The notes below the pieces were generated by a model that did no database searches, was not told where the DNA came from, and saw only the letters and a program-made list of their open reading frames with translations. A program made the translations under genes and the position numbers. A stretch of 32,000 nucleotides of DNA from Propionibacterium freudenreichii subsp. freudenreichii (GTDB taxonomy: Bacteria; Actinomycetota; Actinomycetes; Propionibacteriales; Propionibacteriaceae): assembly GCF_000940845.1 (NCBI RefSeq), contig NZ_CP010341.1, positions 240,001-272,000 on the forward strand, written 5' to 3'. Position 1 is the first letter of the stretch. Each line of letters starts with the position of its first letter. This document shows, one piece after another, positions 1 to 9,572 of this stretch.

Positions 1-386
1 GCACCATGATGACGCCCCGGCCCGACGGGCGGCCCAACAGCCGCGCCAAGGACCTCGTCGACGTCGATATCATCGCCGCCACCCAATACGTCGACCTGCG
101 CGAGTTGCGTCTTGCCCTGGCCGTGCAGCAGCAACGCGCCAACACGGACCTGGGACGCCACCTCCGGGTGCCTCCCCATTGGGAGCCCCGCTACCAGTCA
201 TTGGCCACGGGAACCTCCGCTGCCGCGGTCGCGCCGACCTTTGCGGATGCCGTCGACCTTGCTGCAAGGTTCATCAACCCCGCCCTGGACGCCGTCCGCA
301 CTGTCAGGACGACGTGGGAACCAGAGGCCATGGAATGGACGGTCGGGACGGGAAGCCCCGCAGCAGGCCCGCATCGTGGGGTGTGA
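1..386 (+). CDS. AbiEii/AbiGii-type nucleotidyltransferase toxin family protein, C-terminal part (5' end outside window)
   Basis: The frame is open from the window edge to TGA 384-386. The tail ...NSRAKDLVDVDIIAATQYVDLRELRLALAV...TFADAVDLAARFINPAL resembles the C-terminal half of AbiEii-family proteins (K/R-D-L-x-D motif followed by a helical region). This is recognition from memory, not a search. Confidence 0.4.
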   Translation, partial: TMMTPRPDGRPNSRAKDLVDVDIIAATQYVDLRELRLALAVQQQRANTDLGRHLRVPPHWEPRYQSLATGTSAAAVAPTFADAVDLAARFINPALDAVRTVRTTWEPEAMEWTVGTGSPAAGPHRGV

Positions 387-390
387 ATTG

Positions 391-442
391 AGGATAGGGG
401 TGGATAAAGCACTGAAGACGGTGCTCCATCCGCCCCTATCCT
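391..442 (+). terminator. Nested GC-rich hairpin 5 nt after the stop codon (possible terminator without U-tail)
   Basis: AGGATAGGGGTGGAT (391-405) pairs with ATCCGCCCCTATCCT (428-442): 15 bp with one G-U. Inner stem AGCAC (408-412) / GTGCT (421-425). No T-run follows. Confidence 0.35.
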
Positions 443-619
443 GCGCAACGGTCCACTCAGGGATGACTTTTGCAGGGTGGACGACGTAAAGGTTCTCCCC
501 ATCCCGCGTGACCCGGGCCACGCCCGTCGCCACGCAATGTGGAACGGCCCGGGCAGGCCCCCGAGGGGAGCCATCCGGGCCGTCACATCTGCCGCATCAA
601 CCAGTCAGCGGCTGCTGAC

Positions 620-2679
<2,060 letters not shown>

Positions 2680-2683
<4 letters not shown>

Positions 2684-4413
2684 GCTGCCTCCAATGCGCT
2701 CATCTGGGATTCGACGATCTCGCGATAGGTGTCGCTGGATTCCAGAAGTTCGGCATGGGTGCCGCGTCCGACGATGTGGCCGGAGTCGAGCACGATGATC
2801 TGATCCGCATGGCGGATGGTTGACACGCGCTGCGCCACGATGAGCACGGCGGCGTCCTTGGTGGTGGGTGCCAGCGCTGCCCGCACGCGGGCATCGGTGG
2901 ACACGTCGAGGGCGCTGAAGGCGTCGTCGAACACGTAGAAGTCGGGCTTCTTCACCAGCGCGCGGGCGATCGACAGGCGCTGGCGCTGACCGCCGGACAC
3001 GTTGGTGCCGCCCTGGGCGATCGGTGCGTCGAGCTGGCCGTCCATCTGGCGGACGAAGTCGTCGGCCTGCGCCACGCGCAGCGCCTCCCACATCTCGTCG
3101 TCGGTGGCGTCCGGCTTGCCGTAGCGCAGGTTCGACGCGACGGTGCCGCGGAACAGATAGGCCTTCTGGGGGATCAGGCCGATCTTGGACCACAGCAGGT
3201 CCATGTCGAGGTCGCGGGTGTCCACGCCGTTGATCGTGATCTTGCCCTTGGTGGCGTCGTACAGGCGCGGGATGAGCTGCACCAGGGTGGTCTTGCCCGA
3301 TCCGGTCGAGCCGATCACCGCGGTGGTGGTGCCCGGACGCAGTTCCAGGGAGATGTCGTGCAGCACGGGCGCCTCGGCGCCGGGATAGCTGAACTCGACG
3401 TGGTCGAAGTCCATCTCGGCCGGGCCGGTGAGCTCGGTGACGGGATGCTCGGCCTGCACCACGCTCGACTTGGTGAGGAAGACGTCCATGATGCGCTTGG
3501 CGCTGATCGAGGCGCGCGGCACGATCATGCTCATCACCGTGGCCATCATCACGCTCATCAGCACCTGCATCAGGTAGGTCATGAAGGCGGTCAGCTGGCC
3601 CACCTGCACCTGGCCGTTGTCGGCGCGCATGCCGCCGAACCACCACACGGCGGCCGACGACAGGTTCATCACCAGCCCCACGACGGGGAACAGGAAGGCG
3701 AACAGCGTGCCGATGCGGTAACCGAGCTGGCGGATGTCGGTGTTGGCGGCGTTGAAGCGCTTGCGCTCGGAGGGTTCGCGGATGAATGCGCGGATCACGC
3801 GGATGCCCGACAGCTGTTCGCGCAGCACGCGGTTGATGGCGTCCAGGCGCAGCTGGTTCTGGCCGAACAGCGGGCTCATGCGGCTCACGATGATGCCGAC
3901 GCACACGCCGAGGGCAACGATGGCGGCCAGGATGATCCACGACAGGCCCATGTCCTCGCGCAGTGCCATGAACACCGCACCCACCATGGTGATCGGGGCG
4001 CCGATGAGCATGATGGCGGTCATCAACAGCAACTGCTGCACCTGCTGCACGTCATTGGTGTTGCGCGTGATCAGGCTGGGGGCGCCGAAGCGGTTCACCT
4101 CCTGCTGCGAGAAGGTCAGGGTGCGGTCGAAGAACGCGGCGCGGATGTCGCGTCCCACGCCCATGGCCAGGCGCGCACCGAAGAACGCTGCCACCATCTG
4201 GCCGCCGATCTGGCCCACCGAGATGGCCAGCATCAGCAGGCCGGTGCGCCAGATGTAGCCGGTGTCGCCGGTGGAGACGCCCTGGTCGATGATCTTGGCG
4301 TTCAGGTTCGGCAGCAGCAGCGACGAGACGGTCGCCACCAGCTGGGCCGCGATGACGATCGCGGCCGCCGCCTTGTAATGGCGCAGATAGCGCCAGATGA
4401 GTCTTACGAGCAT
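2680..4413 (-). CDS. ABC transporter permease/ATP-binding protein (exporter half-transporter, first subunit)
   Basis: 577 aa starting MLVRLIWRYLRHYK. TMD plus NBD with Walker A GSTGSGKTT, signature VSGGQRQR and Walker B YVFDDAFSALD. ATG 4413-4411 overlaps the TetR stop TGA 4415-4413 (TGATG). Confidence 0.9.
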
Positions 4414-5105
4414 CAGGATTCCTTCTTCAGACCGTGCAGGAGCAGGGCGCTCAGCTGGTCGGGGGTCATGGGTGGTGCGCCGTTCATGAGGAACGGATGG
4501 ATGGTCGCGAAGGTCACCGAGCGCAGGAAGCCCGCGGCGGTGGCCAGGTCGACCGAGAGCTGGTCGGCGAAGGGGGACAGGGCGCGTTCGACGGCAGCCT
4601 GCGACGCGAGGTCGGTCTGTTGCTGCTTCGCGCGCATCTGCTCGTCGGGGGCGACCGGCGGATGGGCAGGTGATGCGCTGCCCGCGTCGTCGCACGCGTC
4701 GGGATGGTGGGGGTCGGGGTTCTTCGGGTTGGACAGCGTACTGCCCCGGAACAGCTTGCCATGGGCGGGGATGGCGTGGATGGCGGCGAAGAAGGCGCGC
4801 ACATCGCTCATGCTGCGATGGAGCAGCTCGATGATGTGGTGCACCCGCTCGTCGAGGTCAGCATCGGGGGTCATCTCGTCGAGGGCCTTGATCAGGGGGG
4901 TGGGGTCGAGCACATCGGCCACCACCGCGTTGAGCAGGTCCTGCTTTGACGAGAAGACCCGGAAGATGGTGCCTTCGGCCACGCCGGCCGCCCGGGCCAC
5001 TTGCTTGGTGGTGAAGGCATCACCGTGCGCCAGGAGGAGGGGCCTGGCCGCGGCGATGATGGATTCCCGCCGTTGTTCGGCGGGGAGTGGAGCGGCACGA
5101 GTCAC
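4413..5105 (-). CDS. TetR/AcrR family transcriptional regulator
   Basis: HTH TTKQVARAAGVAEGTIFRVFSSKQDLL near the N-terminus. The track start (GTG 5135) lies inside the operator palindrome. I prefer the in-frame GTG 5105 (VTRAAPLPAEQRRESIIAAARPLL...) because a -10-like TACCGT ends 8 nt upstream, implying a leaderless or near-leaderless mRNA. The start remains uncertain by 30 nt. Confidence 0.8.
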   Translation of the reverse strand: MTRAAPLPAEQRRESIIAAARPLLLAHGDAFTTKQVARAAGVAEGTIFRVFSSKQDLLNAVVADVLDPTPLIKALDEMTPDADLDERVHHIIELLHRSMSDVRAFFAAIHAIPAHGKLFRGSTLSNPKNPDPHHPDACDDAGSASPAHPPVAPDEQMRAKQQQTDLASQAAVERALSPFADQLSVDLATAAGFLRSVTFATIHPFLMNGAPPMTPDQLSALLLHGLKKES

Positions 5106-5113
5106 GAGGAACC

Positions 5114-5143
5114 ACGGTAATGAGTGAGGACTCACTCATTCAA
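5114..5143 (-). promoter_or_regulatory. Putative promoter of the TetR-ABC operon (-35 TTGAAT, 18-nt spacer, -10 TACCGT)
   Basis: Read on the minus strand: TTGAAT (5143-5138), 18 nt, TACCGT (5119-5114). The -10 fits the actinobacterial TANNNT pattern. The operator palindrome fills the spacer. Confidence 0.45.
5119..5140. promoter_or_regulatory. Candidate TetR operator: inverted repeat AATGAGTGAG-GA-CTCACTCATT
   Basis: Perfect 10-bp arms (5119-5128 and 5131-5140) with a 2-bp centre. It sits in the 47-nt gap between the folP-like stop and the TetR gene, overlapping the putative -35/-10 spacer. Confidence 0.6.
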
Positions 5144-5182
5144 GTCGTGGGGGTACGAATCCGAGATTTTTTCTGGCAGCGA

Positions 5183-6073
5183 TCAGACGCCGCGCTCGGC
5201 CCGGGCGGGCGGACGGTCCCCACGGATCGACGCCACCATGTCGACCACCCGCCGGGTGGCCTGCACATCGTGGGCGCGGAACAGGATAGCCCCTTGCCAG
5301 GCGGCCACGGCGGTGGCGGCGAGGCTTCCCTCCAGGCGCTGGTCCACCGGCAGGTCGAGCGTCTCGCCGACGAAGTCCTTGCGGCTGATCGCCATCATCA
5401 GCGGATGGCCCAGGCCGGCGAGCTCGTCGGTATGGCGCACCAGTGCCAGCGAGTGGGCGGTGGTCTTGCCGAAGTCGAGGGTGGCGTCCAGCACGATCTG
5501 GTCGGGCGACAGTCCGGCCGCCAGCGCGCGGGCGGCCCCATCGAGCAGCCCGGTGCGCACTGCCTGCACCACGGCCGCGTCGGAGTCGTCGCCGTAGTGC
5601 ACGCCCACGGGGTCGGTGCGCGGGGCGAGTCCACCGGTGTGTGAGACCACATAGCCGACGTGCTGCTCGGCGGCCACGCGCAGCAGTTGCGGATCGGCGC
5701 CCGCCCAGGTGTCGTTCACCAGGTCGATCAGGCCGGCGCAGGCGCGGGCAACGCCGGCGCGCCAGGTGTCGAGGCTGAACAGGGTGCCGGGATGGCGTTG
5801 CCGGGCTGCCGCCAGGAAGGGGCGCACCCGGGTGATCTCCTCGGCCTCGCCCACCCAGGGGCCGTCCTGGCCGGCGCGCACGCCACCGACGTCGACGATG
5901 TCGGCACCCTGGTCGATGCACCGGTCGAGCGCCGCCAGGGCGTCGTCGAGCTCGGTGAAGCGTCCCGGGGCGTAGAAGCTGTCGGGGGTGCGATTGATGA
6001 TGGCCATCACCGCGGGGGCCGCTGTGCTGAACACGCGCGTGCCCAGTCGCAGGGGCGAGGGCCGTTGTTGCAT
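5183..6073 (-). CDS. folP: Dihydropteroate synthase family protein (FolP2-like pterin-binding protein)
   Basis: 296 aa from ATG 6073. DHPS-fold motifs VMAIINRTPDSFY, ADIVDVGG, LDTW and VNDTW. The C-terminus ...ATRRVVDMVASIRGDRPP matches my recollection of mycobacterial FolP2 (Rv1207 type). Track ORF 5183..7378 is an upstream over-extension. Confidence 0.8.
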   Translation of the reverse strand: MQQRPSPLRLGTRVFSTAAPAVMAIINRTPDSFYAPGRFTELDDALAALDRCIDQGADIVDVGGVRAGQDGPWVGEAEEITRVRPFLAAARQRHPGTLFSLDTWRAGVARACAGLIDLVNDTWAGADPQLLRVAAEQHVGYVVSHTGGLAPRTDPVGVHYGDDSDAAVVQAVRTGLLDGAARALAAGLSPDQIVLDATLDFGKTTAHSLALVRHTDELAGLGHPLMMAISRKDFVGETLDLPVDQRLEGSLAATAVAAWQGAILFRAHDVQATRRVVDMVASIRGDRPPARAERGV

Positions 6074-6325
6074 GCGATCACGCTCCTGGGCGAAATACTG
6101 CCATGGCACCCAAGCCCCGCCGTGCGAGGTGGGGCTTTCGGATGCCGGTGGCGTCCGAAAGTGGTTACATGTCAGGGTTGGTCGCTTCGGCGCCGGTGCC
6201 GGCGACGAGCAGACGCCACGGCGGGCACAGGGGCCACGACAGACACAGATGCCGACGCGGACACAGGTGCCACCACGGACAATCGTCCGCGAGGGGCGAC
6301 GACGAGGCGTGGGGGAGGAATTGCG

Positions 6326-7828
6326 GTGAGCAACCAGCCTGATCGGCCGCGCGGAGCACGCCCGACCACCGGCGGCGGGGCGACGGGGCAGCGGGTGCCG
6401 TCCGGCGCGCCGAGCGGGTTGGACGACGATCCCACCACCCAGCCCGGGCTGCGCCGCGGGCTGAAGAACCGCCACATCCAGCTGATCGCGCTGGGTGGGG
6501 CCATCGGCACCGGGCTGTTCTACGGCTCGGGGCAGTCGATCGGCCAGGCCGGCCCGGCGATCCTGCTGTGCTACCTGGTGGGTGGTGCGGCGATCTTCAT
6601 GGTGATGCGCGCGCTGGGCGAGATGAGCGTCGATACGCCGGTGACCGGCGCCTTCAGCTACTACGCCTGGCGCAACTGGGGTGAGCGCGCCGGCTTCGTC
6701 TCGGGCTGGAACTACTGGTTCAACTTCGTGGCGGTCTCCATGGCCGAGCTCACCGTGGTGGGCAAGTACGTGCAGTTCTGGGCGCCGGGAGTGCCTGCCT
6801 GGGTGTCGGCGGCGGCCTTCCTGGTGGTGGTGACGCTGGTGAACCTGGTGAGCGTCAAGGCCTTCGGTGAGTTCGAGTTCTGGTTCGCCATCATCAAGGT
6901 GGTCGCCATCATCGCGATGATCGTGCTGGGCGCCCTGATCATCACCACCGGGCTGGGCAATGGTGGCCATCCGATCGGCGTGGAGAACCTGTGGGTGAAC
7001 GACGGCTTCTTCCCCAAGGGCCTGTGGGGAGTGCTGTTGGGGCTGGTGATCGTGATGTTCAGCTTCGGTGGCGTCGAGCTGATCGGCATCACCGCCGGGG
7101 AGGCCGAGAATCCCCGCACGACGATCCCGCGGGCCATCAACCAGGTGGTATGGCGCATCCTGGTGTTCTACGTGGGTGCCGTGTTCGTGATGCTGTGCCT
7201 GTTCCCGTGGAACCAGCTGGGCACCTCCGAGAGTCCCTTCGTGACGATCTTCGACAAGATCGGCATCACCGGTGCGGCCAATATCCTCAACCTGGTGGTG
7301 CTCACCGCCGCCGCGTCGGCCTACAACTCCGGGCTGTATTCCAATGGCCGCATGCTCTACAGCCTGGCGCGCCAGCACAATGCGCCCCGCGCGCTCATGA
7401 AGGTGAACCGCTTCGGCTCGCCGTGGGTGGGCGTGCTGGTGTCATCGGCGGTCACTGCCGTGGCCGTGGTGCTGACCTTCCTGTTCCCTGACACCGTCTT
7501 CCTCTATGTGATGTCGATCGCCCTGATGGCCGCCATGACCAACTGGGTGATGGTGGTCTACACCGACGTGAAGTTCCGCCAGCGCATCGGTCCCGAGGGT
7601 GCCGCCAAGCTGGCCTACCGGATGCCGGGCAACCCCTGGACCAACTACGCCACCCTGGCCTTCCTCGGTTTCGTGATGGTGCTGATGGCGTTCACGCCCG
7701 ATTACCGCATCGCCCTGCCGATCGGCGCGGTGTGGATCGCCGGGCTGCTCTGCGCCTATTCGCTGGTGAAGCGGTGGCGCGACAAGCACGGCATCGAGGC
7801 CGTGTCGGAGGACCGCTGGCGCATGTGA
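6326..7828 (+). CDS. Amino acid permease (APC superfamily, AAT family; AroP/CycA/AnsP-like)
   Basis: 500 aa. Motifs LKNRHIQLIALGGAIGTGLFYGSG, FEFWFAIIKV and GVELIGITAGEAENP, with 12 predicted TM segments. GTG 6326 is preceded by GGAGG (6314-6318) with a 7-nt spacer. The track start at 5660 is an artefactual extension. Confidence 0.85.
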   Translation: MSNQPDRPRGARPTTGGGATGQRVPSGAPSGLDDDPTTQPGLRRGLKNRHIQLIALGGAIGTGLFYGSGQSIGQAGPAILLCYLVGGAAIFMVMRALGEMSVDTPVTGAFSYYAWRNWGERAGFVSGWNYWFNFVAVSMAELTVVGKYVQFWAPGVPAWVSAAAFLVVVTLVNLVSVKAFGEFEFWFAIIKVVAIIAMIVLGALIITTGLGNGGHPIGVENLWVNDGFFPKGLWGVLLGLVIVMFSFGGVELIGITAGEAENPRTTIPRAINQVVWRILVFYVGAVFVMLCLFPWNQLGTSESPFVTIFDKIGITGAANILNLVVLTAAASAYNSGLYSNGRMLYSLARQHNAPRALMKVNRFGSPWVGVLVSSAVTAVAVVLTFLFPDTVFLYVMSIALMAAMTNWVMVVYTDVKFRQRIGPEGAAKLAYRMPGNPWTNYATLAFLGFVMVLMAFTPDYRIALPIGAVWIAGLLCAYSLVKRWRDKHGIEAVSEDRWRM

Positions 7829-7991
7829 GCGGGCCGGCGGGATGGGCCCGTCGCGTCGCCGCGCGGACGACTACGTGGCAGCGCGTGGTCACATAGCGGG
7901 ACGGTGGGGGCGTAGCACTGCCCCGACGTTGTGAGTTAGGTTAGGCTTACCTTGGTAACGCACCATGAGGCGTCGCCAGGAAGGCTCAATC

Positions 7992-8351
7992 ATGGCTCAG
8001 CAGACCCCCGTGACGCAGGCAGGCGTCTTCACGAACCTCGCCAGCGAATTGCCGGTGGTGCCGAAGAGCACCACCTCGCGCGTGGTGCTCGACAACGACC
8101 TGATCCGGGTGGTCGAGTTCACCTTCGACGCCGGCGAGCTGCTCACCGAGCACGCATCCCCCAGGGCCGTGGTGGTGCAGCTGCTCGAGGGCACCATGTC
8201 GTTCACCGTGGACGGTGCGGAGAGCACCCTGCACGTCGGCGATGTGGTCTACCTGGCGCCCGGCACCCCGCACGCGCTGGTGGCCACCACCGCCTGCCGC
8301 ATGAGCCTGGTGATGGTTGAGGCCGGCGCCCACCTGGCGGGTGAGAACTGA
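7992..8351 (+). CDS. Cupin domain-containing protein
   Basis: 119 aa from ATG 7992, preceded by AGGAAGG (7978-7984) with a 7-nt spacer. The track ATG 7965 has no SD. Beta-barrel cupin-like core ...FTFDAGELLTEHASPRAVVVQLLEGTMSFTVDG...VGDVVYLAPGTPHAL. Its stop overlaps the next start (TGATG at 8349-8353). Confidence 0.7.
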   Translation: MAQQTPVTQAGVFTNLASELPVVPKSTTSRVVLDNDLIRVVEFTFDAGELLTEHASPRAVVVQLLEGTMSFTVDGAESTLHVGDVVYLAPGTPHALVATTACRMSLVMVEAGAHLAGEN

Positions 8352-9283
8352 TGGCCAGCACCGGAATCGCGACCAACGGGCCCGCGGCCGGGCGGCGGGG
8401 TCGCCGACGCGGCTGGCTGCGTCAGGCCCCCGAGGCCTTGACCGCTGGGGCCTTGGCCCCTGAGACTTTGACTTCTGCGCCGCCCGCCGACGAGGTGCCC
8501 GATGCGCGCCTGCAGGGCCACTGGCTGCTGGCGTCGATGGGCAAGCGCGTGCTGCGTCCCGGTGGGTTGCACCTGACCCACGAGATGCTCGAGGCCGCCG
8601 CCCCCCATGCGGGCGACCGCATCGTGGAGTTCGGGCCCGGCGTGGGACTCACCGCCGCCGAGTTGCTGGCAGCGCGTCCCGCGTTCTATGTGGGCATCGA
8701 GCCCAACACCGAGGGTCGCGCGAAGCTTGACGCCGTGCTTTCCGGGCGTCCGGCACGCGTGGTCACCGCGGAGGCCTCCGCGAGCGGCCTGGACGCGGGC
8801 TCGGCCGACCTGGTGGTGGGCGAGGCGATGCTCACCATGTCGTCGCCGCAGCAGCGCCGCGCAATCGTCGCCGAGGCTGCCCGCGTGCTGGCTGCTGGGG
8901 GACGCTATGCCATCCACGAACTCGCACTGGCCGATACGGCCCCCGACCCCGACCGGCGCACCGGCCGCGGCGAGGTGTCGCGCGAGATCTCGGCCACGAT
9001 CAAGGTGGGGGCCACGCCGGTGAAGTTGGCCGTGTGGCGGGCACTGCTCACCGACGCCGGCTTCGACGTCGTCTGGCAGGGCACCGCCCCGATGCGCCTA
9101 CTGGAGCCGAGCCGCCTGATCGCCGACGAGGGGCCGATCGGCTTCGCCCGGTTTGCCACGAACATGATCCGGCGCCCCGAGGCGCGCCGGCGCGTGCTGG
9201 CCATGCGCAACAGCTTCCGGGCGCACAAGGCCGACCTGAGCGCGGTCGCCATGGTGGCGGTGAAGAGGCCAACCCAGCACTGA
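8351..9283 (+). CDS. Class I SAM-dependent methyltransferase
   Basis: 310 aa. Arg-rich N-terminal roughly 60 aa, then the Rossmann motif I IVEFGPGVG, later ADLVVGEAML and VLAAGGRYAIHE. Translationally coupled to the cupin gene. Confidence 0.75.
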   Translation: MASTGIATNGPAAGRRGRRRGWLRQAPEALTAGALAPETLTSAPPADEVPDARLQGHWLLASMGKRVLRPGGLHLTHEMLEAAAPHAGDRIVEFGPGVGLTAAELLAARPAFYVGIEPNTEGRAKLDAVLSGRPARVVTAEASASGLDAGSADLVVGEAMLTMSSPQQRRAIVAEAARVLAAGGRYAIHELALADTAPDPDRRTGRGEVSREISATIKVGATPVKLAVWRALLTDAGFDVVWQGTAPMRLLEPSRLIADEGPIGFARFATNMIRRPEARRRVLAMRNSFRAHKADLSAVAMVAVKRPTQH

Positions 9284-9391
9284 GCCCCATGGCCGACCAG
9301 GGGATTCCTCGCGGTCCGGTGCGTGTACACACATCCACGCGATCGGCTGTCAGTGCGGGTTGCCCTGCAGTAGTGATGCCCTGCAGGGCCT

Positions 9392-9426
9392 GATCACCCC
9401 CGGGTTCCTCCTTCCCGGGGGTGATC
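9392..9426 (+). terminator. Strong hairpin (13-bp perfect GC-rich stem, 9-nt loop) between the methyltransferase and ABC-F genes: terminator and/or attenuator element
   Basis: GATCACCCCCGGG (9392-9404), loop TTCCTCCTT, CCCGGGGGTGATC (9414-9426). It lies 108 nt after the methyltransferase stop. There is no T-tail. Confidence 0.4.
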
Positions 9427-9572
9427 GTCACCCCGTCGCCATTTGGCCGCGGGCGTCCGTGCGCTTACAGTGGACGGCACCCCAACACAGGAGTTTTCTT
9501 GAAGCTGTGAGATCCGGCACCCGGGAGTTTCCGGTGCCATCCGGCCCACCGACGTCGACCCCAGGATCTCGC

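Noticed and set aside
5660-7378. Upstream extensions of the permease ORF (from 5660) and the folP-like ORF (to 7378), plus other overlapping ORFs in 5124-7789
   Set aside because: The extensions have no homology-like content and overlap the well-supported gene on the other strand. Internal starts with an SD (GTG 6326) or next to the conserved core (ATG 6073) explain the real genes.
7935-7959. GTTAGGTTAGGCTTACCTTGGTAAC upstream of the cupin gene as an operator palindrome
   Set aside because: On checking, only the outer 4 bp (GTTA/TAAC) are truly complementary. It is a TTAGG direct duplication rather than a convincing inverted repeat.
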